Below, piece after piece: positions 10,659 through 19,249 of a DNA stretch of 64,000 nt. Made by a program: the position numbers and the translations under genes. Location: NCBI GenBank assembly GCA_045658565.1, contig JAZOVF010000031.1:128222-192221 (forward strand). The letters run 5' to 3'. Below the pieces are notes generated by a model. That model did not search any database and had not been told where the DNA came from. It saw only the letters and a program-made list of their open reading frames with translations. The stretch's first letter is position 1; the number at the start of each line of letters is the position of its first letter. The DNA is from Eubacteriales bacterium (GTDB lineage: Bacteria > Bacillota > Clostridia > Oscillospirales > CAG-272).

Positions 10659-10700
10659 ATATGCATAAAAATCGCATAAATATGCATAAAATGCAATTAA
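10659..10700 (-). promoter_or_regulatory. phased TGCAT-A/T-ATGCA repeats (second putative ArgR operator array)
   Basis: ATGCATAAAA / TCGCATAAAT / ATGCATAAA / ATGCAATTA recur at roughly 10-11 bp phasing. TGCATTTTATGCA is a perfect palindrome. Confidence 0.4.
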
Positions 10701-10702
10701 AA

Positions 10703-10729
10703 ACAGGCCCCTCCGAGAAAAGGGCCTGC
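10703..10729 (-). terminator. intrinsic terminator after gpsA
   Basis: Stem CAGGCCC/GGGCCTG, followed by TTTTT on the minus strand. Confidence 0.7.
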
Positions 10730-10738
10730 CGTGAAAAT

Positions 10739-11758
10739 TTATTTGTAGTTTGTAAGGTTTAGCTCGTTTTTTACATCTCTGTTCATAAGCGCGCGTATGG
10801 CGGTAACAGGGGGGATATTGTTGTTAATAACATCGTTTACCGCAGAGACAATAGGCATTTCAACAGAGTATTTTTTAGAAAGCTCGGTAGCTGCCTCGAG
10901 AGCGTGGTATCCCTCGACAACCATTCCTATCTCTCGTGAAGCCTCTTCATAGCTTTTACCCATTCCTATAAGTTCGCCGCAGCGATTGTTTCGGCTATGA
11001 TGCGAGGTGCAGGTAACAATAAGGTCGCCAATACCCGCAAGACCCATAAAGGTTTCGAGTTTTGCTCCCATAGCAAGACCTATTCTTGTTATTTCGGCAG
11101 CTCCGCGGGTGATGAGCATTGCCTTTGAGTTGTCGCCAAAGCCCATACCCTGATTTATTCCCGCCGCAAGGGCTATAATGTTTTTTAGAGCGCCTGAAAG
11201 CTCAACTCCCAAGACATCTGTATTTGTGTAGATTCTCATACATGAGTTTGAGAATGCGCCGGCAAGAATAAGTGATATTTCCTCGTTTTTACAAGCTGCA
11301 ACGATTGATGTGGGCAGTCCGAGAGCTACCTCCTCTGCGTGGGTCGGGCCGGATAGGGCAACAAGGTGAAAATCCGACCTTCCGAGCTTTTTCATTTCGT
11401 CCTCGATTATATCCGTCATAGTCATAAGACTTTTTTTCTCAATGCCCTTTGCCGCGCTTGCAAGTATTGAGTTTTCAGGAATATAGGGGGCTGCCGCTCT
11501 TGCGGTGCTTCGGATAAACTGAGACGGAGTTACATATATTATAAGCTCTCGGTCAAATACGGCTTCTTTAATATCGGTTGTATATCTTACGGTATCAAGA
11601 AGCGCAAGACCCTCTAGATTTTTGTGAGACCTTGTGGCTTTCAGCTCCGAGACCTCGGCTTCGATTGCCGACCACACAATAAGGTCGTGTCCGTTTTTTG
11701 AAAGTAGGGCAGTAAGAGCTATGCCCCAGGTTCCTGCGCCTAAAACACCTATTTTCAT
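10739..11758 (-). CDS. gpsA: NAD(P)H-dependent glycerol-3-phosphate dehydrogenase
   Basis: MKIGVLGAGTWG Rossmann N-terminus with a GGAG ribosome-binding site before the ATG at 11758. GpsA-like throughout. Confidence 0.9.
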   Translation of the reverse strand: MKIGVLGAGTWGIALTALLSKNGHDLIVWSAIEAEVSELKATRSHKNLEGLALLDTVRYTTDIKEAVFDRELIIYVTPSQFIRSTARAAAPYIPENSILASAAKGIEKKSLMTMTDIIEDEMKKLGRSDFHLVALSGPTHAEEVALGLPTSIVAACKNEEISLILAGAFSNSCMRIYTNTDVLGVELSGALKNIIALAAGINQGMGFGDNSKAMLITRGAAEITRIGLAMGAKLETFMGLAGIGDLIVTCTSHHSRNNRCGELIGMGKSYEEASREIGMVVEGYHALEAATELSKKYSVEMPIVSAVNDVINNNIPPVTAIRALMNRDVKNELNLTNYK

Positions 11759-11856
11759 AAATTTGTCTCCTTGACATATCATTACAAAATACATTATATC
11801 ATTTTTTTAATCAAAATTCAACCGTAAATTTTGTAATCATTGCAAAAAAGACAGAC

Positions 11857-12150
11857 TTAATTTATTTCATCCTCAATTATGTAACGCAGGTCAATGGGCG
11901 TTGCAAGTCCCCTTACGATTTTTTCATAAAAGCTTATTGCTTTTCCCGCATCGGCAAAAACATCCTTTACGCTGGCGCTTGTGGAGTCTCCCGTGCCGTC
12001 GGTCATCACTACCTTAACCGAATACAACGGAATCTTATAGCTTGCAAGCCTTGCGCCCTCTCTCATTATCAGCTGATAGGTGTATTTATTTTCACCGTCG
12101 TCCTTGTGGTCTTGGCGGATAACAGTATCTTTGAATTTTTGCTTTCTCAT
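11857..12150 (-). CDS. hypothetical small protein (97 aa)
   Basis: Intact ORF with an AAAGGGA ribosome-binding site. No motif I can assign. Confidence 0.5.
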   Translation of the reverse strand: MRKQKFKDTVIRQDHKDDGENKYTYQLIMREGARLASYKIPLYSVKVVMTDGTGDSTSASVKDVFADAGKAISFYEKIVRGLATPIDLRYIIEDEIN

Positions 12151-12314
12151 GTCTCTATCCCTTTGTGTTTTTTATTATTTATTGTAACACAAATAATAAA
12201 CTTTTGTCGTTGAGAAAAGCGTCGGAACAAGGAGACGGATTTTAATAATTTTAACATTATTGCAAAAATTGACTTTTGCCATATCATTGAGTGTTTTATA
12301 CCTTTATATACGTG

Positions 12315-12366
12315 AAAAAAAAAAGCCACAGCGACATAGAATTCTGTCAAATCTGTAGCTTTTTGT
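12315..12366. terminator. hairpin terminator after the thioesterase gene (A-run / T-run on both sides)
   Basis: Stem GCCACAG/CTGTAGC (12325-12331 / 12353-12359) with an inner GACA/TGTC pair, flanked by A10 and T5. Confidence 0.5.
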
Positions 12367-12431
12367 TGAAAAATAATGCAAAAAAAGTGATTTTATGAAA
12401 TTATGACATAAAGAAAGCAACAAACGCAATC

Positions 12432-13142
12432 TTAAAAGTCTACAAGCTCAATTTCTGCCTCGGAATTTTTCTTTCCGTCAGACCTTACGGTTTTGAAATA
12501 GTAGATATTGCCTCTGTTTGCTCTCAGAACTCTTAACTTTTCTCCGATTTTTGCCTCGGCAGAATAGCTTATTGCAATTTTTGAAATTCTCTTACCGATA
12601 AGGGGCAGGTAGTTTGAATACATGTCCGGGTATTTTGTATTATTCATATGCATATTCTGGTCAACATCGCCATAGTGAACACCGTAGCCTCCGACGTCTG
12701 TTATCTCGGAGGGAAGGGTAACTCTCGGGAGGGGGAGATTAAGCCCGGGTAGAGTAGGAAGCCCGAGGTTAAAGTCATTTACTCTGACTAAGGCACGAGT
12801 CTCTGTATCGATAAGTGCCCAGGCGGATATTGCTCTTGCAACCGTTCTGCCGTCGCAAAGCAGTTCGTAGCATCGAAGAAAGCTGTATCCGCGGCTCTCG
12901 GTAGGGTAGCTGAGGGCAGTGAGGGGCGTGTATGCTCTCAATGGCTCAAGGATTTCAAGATTAAGCCTCGAGAGTACAAATGCGCGGTTCATATTCCGAA
13001 GCTCGTCGTATGACATGCCGTTTGCGGTAAGCTGGTCCTGGGCTGCGGATTGAATATATCTCATAACCGCTGATGCCTTTGCAATTCCGTTGAAATCAAC
13101 GTCATGGATATTGACGGATGTATTTCTTTTGTATGCTGACAT
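12432..13142 (-). CDS. acyl-ACP thioesterase family protein
   Basis: 236-aa double hot-dog-like sequence. The N-terminal V.IHDVDFNG...MRYIQ.AA pattern is typical of bacterial acyl-ACP thioesterases. Confidence 0.72.
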   Translation of the reverse strand: MSAYKRNTSVNIHDVDFNGIAKASAVMRYIQSAAQDQLTANGMSYDELRNMNRAFVLSRLNLEILEPLRAYTPLTALSYPTESRGYSFLRCYELLCDGRTVARAISAWALIDTETRALVRVNDFNLGLPTLPGLNLPLPRVTLPSEITDVGGYGVHYGDVDQNMHMNNTKYPDMYSNYLPLIGKRISKIAISYSAEAKIGEKLRVLRANRGNIYYFKTVRSDGKKNSEAEIELVDF

Positions 13143-13302
13143 TTTGACTCCAAAAAATAATTTTTTATATAATCATACACCAAAAATTATAATAATTTCA
13201 ATGCTTTGTTTGAATTTTGTGTAAATATTTTTTTGCCGCTTGAAAAGAAGCCTTAAGGTATGATATAATAACTTAACGTAATACAGGTGAAGGAGTAGAA
13301 AA

Positions 13303-13614
13303 ATGACTGTACTTACTAAAGATAACTTTTCTGCCGAGATAGAAAGCTATGGCGGTCTTGCCGTAATAGACCTTTATGCCGATTGGTGCGGCCCTTGCCG
13401 TATGCTTTCGCCTGTGCTTTCGGAGCTTGAGGAGGAGTTTTCGGATGTTAAATTTTGTAAAATAAATATAGATGAAGAAAAGGAGCTTGCAGCTCTTTTC
13501 AGAATTGACAGTGTACCCACCGTTGCATTTGTTAAAGAAGATACATTTATCGATCTTTCGGTTGGATATACAGAAAAGCAAATCCTAAAGGATATGATTG
13601 TGAGGTATAAGTAA
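13303..13614 (+). CDS. trxA: thioredoxin
   Basis: WCGPC active site. Product is 103 aa. Confidence 0.92.
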   Translation: MTVLTKDNFSAEIESYGGLAVIDLYADWCGPCRMLSPVLSELEEEFSDVKFCKINIDEEKELAALFRIDSVPTVAFVKEDTFIDLSVGYTEKQILKDMIVRYK

Positions 13615-13811
13615 TGAAGATAAGATTTAATGAGGATAAAGAGGTTGTAAAATCTGTTAAAGAAGGTCTTAAAAGAACAGGCGGATACTGTCCCTGCCGC
13701 CTTGAACGCTCTGAGGACAATAAATGCATGTGCCGTGAGTTCAGAGAACAGATTGCAGACGAGAGCTTTGAGGGCTACTGCCACTGTTATCTTTATTATA
13801 AGGAATTGTAA
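13614..13811 (+). CDS. ferredoxin:thioredoxin reductase catalytic-subunit-like mini protein (65 aa, 6 Cys)
   Basis: Cys pattern is CPC-x9-CMC-x15-CHC. Its ATG overlaps the trxA stop (TAATG), and GTGAGGT serves as the ribosome-binding site. Confidence 0.68.
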   Translation: MKIRFNEDKEVVKSVKEGLKRTGGYCPCRLERSEDNKCMCREFREQIADESFEGYCHCYLYYKEL

Positions 13812-13832
13812 GTTAAGTAAATAAACCTTGAA

Positions 13833-13866
13833 ATACTGTCTCAAAAATGAGGCAGTATTTTTTTTG
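13833..13866 (+). terminator. intrinsic terminator after the trx pair
   Basis: 11-bp stem ATACTGTCTCA/TGAGGCAGTAT followed by T8. Confidence 0.8.
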
Positions 13867-13917
13867 TGCAAATATCGGATTTTTGGCAATAATTATAAAA
13901 AAGCAACGGAGGACATA

Positions 13918-15771
13918 ATGAAAAACTTGCGTGTACATTTTATCATAGTTATTTTTTGCGTTTTATTTTTGCCGTTTTCTGTAACAGGCTATGCTGCGGA
14001 GTCTGAAAGCGGACTTAGTCTTAGGCACTTCGGGGGCAGATATATTCTTTCTGACAGAGAAGAGGTTTTGTACGACGGCGAGAGCGTTTCCGAGGCTGTG
14101 ATGGGCGGAGTTGGACAAAAAATCTTTTTTGAAAATGTAAGGATATATGAGGAGCTTGAAATTTCCGAGGGGGATTTTATATTTTCGGGAAAGGCCTTTT
14201 TTGAGGGTGAAAGCGGTATTTCGGTAAATAGCGGCTCTTTGCTTTCGCTTGAAGAATTCACAGGCGAATTTAACCAAGGTATAGTCTCGGTGAAAGGCGG
14301 AGAGCTTTTTATCAATAATTCAACCCTCGTCACAGAGTCGGACAGTATGATAAAAGCCGACAAGGATTCAATCGGTATGTTGACTGTTGTGGGAGACAGC
14401 AGAATAAGCGGTAAAAAATACGGAATTAACGGAGCGCTGCAAATAATGCTTTTTGACAACACCGGAATCGAATATACATCAGATGAAGCACTTGTCTGTT
14501 GCTATACAGGAGACAAATCGACATTTTATGAGGTTTTCGGAGTAAAAAACAGAGATATTGTTCCTGTCAGGGTATATAATGCTTCCGGGGAAGAGAAAAA
14601 TGTATACAGGGTTGATTTTATAAACAGTCGCGGAGAGGTATATTCCGAACAGAGATTTGAGGGTGAGAGCTTATCCCCGCCTGTGCCCGAGAGCCTGACA
14701 GGCTATGTTTTTTTAGGCTGGTCGGTTGATGGAGAGAATATTACTAATAACGAAGCGGTAAGCTCCGATTGCGTTTTTTATGCCCTTTATCAATTGAAGC
14801 CGGTGACGGGGTATGTTGGCAATCTTAAGTTTTGCTATGACGGTAAAGAAAGGAGCATTGTGCCTACAGGCGTTTATCACCCATTGCTTCCTTACGGAGT
14901 TGTAAATTATTCATGGTATCTTGGGGACAGGCTTGTAAGCGAAGAGGTGGGGCTTTCTGTATCCGATGTATCAGAGTCGGGGGATTACAGACTTGTTATA
15001 AGTTTTGAGTACGGTGGAGAAATTAGCACCTTTGAGATAGGAAATATTATGGTTGAAATCAGCCCGAGAGAGCTTTTGATAGAGTATAGCGACGGAGAAT
15101 TTGTAATAGTAAACGGCACGGTTGCCGAGGGGGATGAACTGGAAATCAAAGAAGAGGAAATTGAAGGCAAAGTGTATGCAAGGATCGACAATGATAATTA
15201 CTGCCTCGATTTTTCTCCTGTAATTGTCAAAAACAACAAAATGTGGGTTGGTGTATTTATAAGCCTTATCTTTGTTCTTTTTTTGCTTTTATTCGTCTCA
15301 TTTTTTGTTTTCAAGTCGGACGAAAAGGACAAAATTGTAAAAGTCCTGGATGATAGAGACGGCTCGGTTAGAGGCGATGACCCGTTTGTTGGCAGAGGCG
15401 ATGAAATCTCTATTGAAAAAAGTTTTTTTGCCCTTGACAAGTTAAGGGCTGATGAGCTGATAAGCGATCATCTTGCAAAAAATATGCTCTTTTTTGGCGG
15501 GGCGGTTGAAAGCGAGGGTACGGAATATACATCTGTTTCACTCGGGGTTATTGACGATGCTTTTTCCGACGGAGATAAAATTGACCTTAATGACCTAAAG
15601 AGTAAAGGACTTTGCCCCGAAAATGCGTTTAAGCTAAAGATAATTGCAGATGGAACTCTCTCGAAATCATTTACTGTTTTTGCAAATGATTTTGATACAG
15701 CGGCAGTAAAGATGATAGCTCTCTCGGGCGGGCGGGCTGTAAAGGTGAAGTCCAAAAAGAAAAGACATTAA
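13918..15771 (+). CDS. single-pass membrane protein: signal peptide, beta-helix-like and Flg_new/InlB-B-repeat ectodomain, TM helix, cytoplasmic uL15-like C-terminal domain
   Basis: ATG at 13918 follows a GGAGG site. Signal peptide is MKNLRVHFIIVIFCVLFLPFSVTGYA. The TGYVFLGWSVDG repeat motif is present. TM helix lies at 15241-15312. The last ~82 aa resemble the C-terminal half of uL15. Confidence 0.75.
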   Translation: MKNLRVHFIIVIFCVLFLPFSVTGYAAESESGLSLRHFGGRYILSDREEVLYDGESVSEAVMGGVGQKIFFENVRIYEELEISEGDFIFSGKAFFEGESGISVNSGSLLSLEEFTGEFNQGIVSVKGGELFINNSTLVTESDSMIKADKDSIGMLTVVGDSRISGKKYGINGALQIMLFDNTGIEYTSDEALVCCYTGDKSTFYEVFGVKNRDIVPVRVYNASGEEKNVYRVDFINSRGEVYSEQRFEGESLSPPVPESLTGYVFLGWSVDGENITNNEAVSSDCVFYALYQLKPVTGYVGNLKFCYDGKERSIVPTGVYHPLLPYGVVNYSWYLGDRLVSEEVGLSVSDVSESGDYRLVISFEYGGEISTFEIGNIMVEISPRELLIEYSDGEFVIVNGTVAEGDELEIKEEEIEGKVYARIDNDNYCLDFSPVIVKNNKMWVGVFISLIFVLFLLLFVSFFVFKSDEKDKIVKVLDDRDGSVRGDDPFVGRGDEISIEKSFFALDKLRADELISDHLAKNMLFFGGAVESEGTEYTSVSLGVIDDAFSDGDKIDLNDLKSKGLCPENAFKLKIIADGTLSKSFTVFANDFDTAAVKMIALSGGRAVKVKSKKKRH

Positions 15772-15784
15772 ATTTCTGAAAATA

Positions 15785-15813
15785 TTGAAATAAAAGCTGT
15801 GTTATGGTATAAT
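15785..15813 (+). promoter_or_regulatory. sigma-A promoter (extended -10)
   Basis: TTGAAA, a 17-nt spacer, then TGgTATAAT. Confidence 0.55.
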
Positions 15814-15887
15814 TAGTTTCGATATCAAACAAAAAGGGTTCGGGCTGCGATAAATATCCTTTAGGCAGCCCGAGTGAACATTATAGC

Positions 15888-16565
15888 ATGGAGATTATAA
15901 CAAAAAACAAGAATATTGTTGTTGTTTACAAGCCTGCGGGTATGCCGTCGCAACCCGACCCTAGCGGAGACACCGATGCTTTTACGCTTTGCTCGGAGGA
16001 GTTAAAAGGTCTTGGTGAGTCGGGGAATTTATACCTTGTTCACCGTCTTGACAGAGTTGTTGGCGGACTTATGGTTTTTGCCAGAAACAAAAAGTATGCC
16101 GCCGAGCTTTCAGCTCTTGTGTCGGGAGACGGAATTGGAAAAGAATATCTTGCGGTTATTGACGGATATATCTGTGGCGGTTGCCTTACCGATTACCTTT
16201 ATAAGGATGCAAGAGCGGGCAAATCCTTTGTTGTTGACAGAAAAAGGGCAGGGGTGAAGGAAGCCGTTCTTGATTTTGCTCCATTGCAGTCCATAGAAAC
16301 CGAAATAGGTGTTAAAACTCTTGTTAAAATAAAGCTGACGACAGGCAGATTTCATCAGATAAGAGCACAGTTTGGCTCAAGGAAAGCTCCGATATCGGGC
16401 GACGGAAAATACGGTAGCCGCGATAATAAGCCTAGATTTCCCGCGCTTTTTGCCTACAAGCTTTCGGCAAAGCTTTCTTCTTCTTTGCTTGATGTAAAGC
16501 TGCTTCCAGACATTAAGGAGTATCCTTGGAATTTGTTTGATGAAAATATTTACGGAGAACTTTGA
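15888..16565 (+). CDS. RluA-family pseudouridine synthase (no S4 domain)
   Basis: HRLDRVVGGLMVFA catalytic Asp motif and GRFHQIRAQ. Confidence 0.85.
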   Translation: MEIITKNKNIVVVYKPAGMPSQPDPSGDTDAFTLCSEELKGLGESGNLYLVHRLDRVVGGLMVFARNKKYAAELSALVSGDGIGKEYLAVIDGYICGGCLTDYLYKDARAGKSFVVDRKRAGVKEAVLDFAPLQSIETEIGVKTLVKIKLTTGRFHQIRAQFGSRKAPISGDGKYGSRDNKPRFPALFAYKLSAKLSSSLLDVKLLPDIKEYPWNLFDENIYGEL

Positions 16566-17707
16566 ATATGACAGAAAAGCTATATTATAAAGATGCGTAC
16601 ATAAAGGAATTTTCGGCAGAGGTGCTTTCGGTTACCGAATGTGATGAGGGCTTTGATGTAATTCTTGATAAAACCGCATTTTTCCCCGAGGAGGGCGGGC
16701 AGAGCGCTGACACGGGCTTTATCGGTGATGCGAAGGTCTTTCACTCTTATGAAAAAGAGGGGGTTGTTCATCATCTTACAAAAGCTGCGCCGCCTGTCGG
16801 TTCTGTAAAATGCAGTCTCGATTTTGACAAAAGATTTGAGAAAATGCAGCTCCATACCGCCGAGCATATTCTTTGTGGAATTATACATAAGCTTTACGGT
16901 CTTGAAAATGTTGGCTTCCATCTTGGAGACGTGGAGGTAGTTTTTGATATCAGCGGAGTTCTCACGCGTGAGGATTTGAACCGTGTTGAGGAGCTTGCCA
17001 ACGAGGCGGTGTACTCAAATTTAAAGATAGAAACCTTTTTCCCGACCTCAGATGAGCTTTTAAATCTTGAATACAGAGCAAAGCTTGATATAACCGAGAA
17101 TGTCCGTATTGTAAAAATCGGTGATATTGACTCCTGTGCCTGCTGTGCGCCCCACGTTGACAGAACGGGCGAGATTGGGCTTATCAAAATTCTTGATTTT
17201 ATGAAGCACAGAGGCGGTACACGCATATGGATGGCCTCAGGTAAAAGAGCTTTGCTTGATTATCGGAATAAGTACGAGAATATTCTTAAAATTTCGGCTC
17301 TTCTCTCCACACCTCAGCAAGAGACTGCCGAGGCTCTTGAAAAATATATGAATGATGCAGACGCTGTAAGGTCGCTCTTAAAGTCTGCAAGGGTAGCTCT
17401 TGCAGAAGCTGAGGCAAGGTCTATGCAGGGGGAAGCGGGGAATGCTGTTGTAAAACTTGAAGGTTATTCTATCGATGAGCTTCGAGCCTTTGTTAACGCT
17501 TATAAATCCCGCGTTAGCGGTCTTACTGTTGCAATTTCGGGGCATGACGGAGATTACAAATACGTTATAGCCTCAAATGACAGGGAACTGTCTCAGGAAA
17601 TAAAGACGATAAATGCATCGCTTTCCGGCAGGGGGGGCGGCAGAGGATTTATGGTGCAGGGCAGCTTTATGACCGACGAGAATTCTATAAAAGATTACTT
17701 CAAATAA
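16562..17707 (+). CDS. alanyl-tRNA editing protein, AlaX-L type
   Basis: HTAEHIL and CCAPHV zinc motifs of the AlaRS editing domain. The C-terminal region is DHHA1-like. Confidence 0.8.
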   Translation: MNMTEKLYYKDAYIKEFSAEVLSVTECDEGFDVILDKTAFFPEEGGQSADTGFIGDAKVFHSYEKEGVVHHLTKAAPPVGSVKCSLDFDKRFEKMQLHTAEHILCGIIHKLYGLENVGFHLGDVEVVFDISGVLTREDLNRVEELANEAVYSNLKIETFFPTSDELLNLEYRAKLDITENVRIVKIGDIDSCACCAPHVDRTGEIGLIKILDFMKHRGGTRIWMASGKRALLDYRNKYENILKISALLSTPQQETAEALEKYMNDADAVRSLLKSARVALAEAEARSMQGEAGNAVVKLEGYSIDELRAFVNAYKSRVSGLTVAISGHDGDYKYVIASNDRELSQEIKTINASLSGRGGGRGFMVQGSFMTDENSIKDYFK

Positions 17708-17740
17708 AAAACTCGGCACAAAATGTGCCGAGTAAATAAA
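17706..17740. terminator. bidirectional terminator
   Basis: Stem ACTCGGCAC/GTGCCGAGT with an A-run on one side and a T/A-rich run on the other. Confidence 0.7.
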
Positions 17741-18229
17741 TTATTCGTTAAAGCCGAGAACTATTTGTGCCTTAGTGGGCTTAAGCTGCGTGAGCTTTAC
17801 TCCTGCGGCATCAAGCATACGGCGGGATGCTACGGTTGAGGGGGTATCGTGATACTTGTCTGAGAGATAAATCACTTCCTTGATTCCCGACTGTATAATG
17901 GCTTTTGCACACTCGTTACAGGGGAAGAGGGCTACATAAACAGTTGAGCCAAAGAGATTTTTGCCTCCTGCGTTGAGTATTGCGTTAAGCTCTGCGTGAA
18001 CGACAAACTGATATTTTGTTTCGCCCTTTGCTTCATCTCTGTTCCAGGGGAAGTCGTCATCAGAACAGCCGTGGGGGAATCCGTTGTATCCTGTGGAAAT
18101 TATTCTTTTGTCATTATCGACAATGCATGCGCCAACCTGCGTTGAGGGGTCCTTGGATCTCTGGGCGGCGAGAAGCGCAACTCCCATAAAGTATTCGTCC
18201 CAGGATATGTATCCTTCTCTTTTATCCAT
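17741..18229 (-). CDS. comEB: deoxycytidylate (dCMP) deaminase
   Basis: HAELNAI and PCNECAK zinc-binding motifs. Confidence 0.88.
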   Translation of the reverse strand: MDKREGYISWDEYFMGVALLAAQRSKDPSTQVGACIVDNDKRIISTGYNGFPHGCSDDDFPWNRDEAKGETKYQFVVHAELNAILNAGGKNLFGSTVYVALFPCNECAKAIIQSGIKEVIYLSDKYHDTPSTVASRRMLDAAGVKLTQLKPTKAQIVLGFNE

Positions 18230-18309
18230 ATTTATGTCTCCAAAGCTTTTTGATTTATTGTATCATATTATGCCGAATATGTCAACAAAAAAATGAAAGG
18301 AGTGATATC

Positions 18310-19209
18310 TTGTTTGAAAATGAATATAAATCCTGTAAGCTGTGCGCCAGGATGTGCGGTGTAAACAGGAATACAGAGACAGGCTTTTGCGGTATGAACA
18401 GCGATATTTACCTTTCGTATTATTCGCTCCATAAATGGGAGGAGCCTCCGTTGTCAGGCGAGCGCGGCTCGGGAACAATATTCTTTGCGGGATGTTCACT
18501 TGGATGTGTATTTTGTCAAAACAAGGATATATCACGGGGCAGAAATGGGAAAACGGTTACGGAGAAAGATTTGTCAGACATAATGCTGGAACTTGAAAAA
18601 GCGGGTGCACACAACATAAATTTTGTTACTCCTACCCACTATTCTCCCTCGGTTAAAGAGGCTGTTTTGCTCTCACGTGAGCGGGGATTCAGTCTGCCTA
18701 TCGTTTATAACACAGGAAGCTATGACTCCCTTTCGGCTTTGCAAAATCTTGAGGGGGTCGTTGATGTTTATCTCCCCGACTTTAAGTTCTATATGCCCGA
18801 GACGGCAAAAAAATACTCCCTCGCTCCCGATTATACCGAGGTTGCAAAGAAGGCTATATCCGAGATGTTCCGTCAGGTAGGCGAGTTTGTATTTGACGAA
18901 AGCGGAATAATGAAAAGGGGCGTTATAGTTAGAATTCTTTTGCTTCCCGGCCATGTTGCAGAGGCAAAGCTTTCGTTAAAATACATTTACGATACATACG
19001 GTGACAGGGTTTACATAAGTCTTATGAATCAGTATACTCCCATGCCCGGTATGGCTGCACCGCTTAACCGAAAAGTAACAAGAGAGGAATATCGCCAGCT
19101 TGTTGATTACGCAGAGCGTCTTGGGGTTATAAATGCCTTTGTGCAAGAGTTCGGTACTGCCTCAGAGAGCTTTATTCCTCAATTTAAAAACGGTATTTTT
19201 GGACTATAA
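18310..19209 (+). CDS. radical SAM protein, PflX-like (PFL-activase-related)
   Basis: CSLGCVFC (CxxxCxxC) plus an N-terminal CKLCARMC motif. TTG at 18310 lies 8 nt after AAAGGAG. The longer track ORF starts at 18250. Confidence 0.75.
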   Translation: MFENEYKSCKLCARMCGVNRNTETGFCGMNSDIYLSYYSLHKWEEPPLSGERGSGTIFFAGCSLGCVFCQNKDISRGRNGKTVTEKDLSDIMLELEKAGAHNINFVTPTHYSPSVKEAVLLSRERGFSLPIVYNTGSYDSLSALQNLEGVVDVYLPDFKFYMPETAKKYSLAPDYTEVAKKAISEMFRQVGEFVFDESGIMKRGVIVRILLLPGHVAEAKLSLKYIYDTYGDRVYISLMNQYTPMPGMAAPLNRKVTREEYRQLVDYAERLGVINAFVQEFGTASESFIPQFKNGIFGL

Positions 19210-19247
19210 AAGAGACTGCCATGCGGACAGTCTCTTTCTCTTTTTTT
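19210..19247. terminator. intrinsic terminator between convergent genes
   Basis: Stem AAGAGACTG/CAGTCTCTT followed by a T-rich run. Confidence 0.7.
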
Positions 19248-19249
19248 AT

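Noticed and set aside
12147-12350. 67-aa ORF upstream of the 97-aa hypothetical gene.
   Set aside because: It covers an AT-rich promoter/terminator region and has no ribosome-binding site. Its composition is hydrophobic and basic, as is typical of non-coding AT-rich DNA.
15840-15873. 9-bp stem (TCGGGCTGC/GCAGCCCGA) in the 5' UTR of the RluA-family gene, considered as an attenuator.
   Set aside because: There is no U-tract and no alternative pairing or leader peptide. It is probably just a 5' stabilising hairpin.
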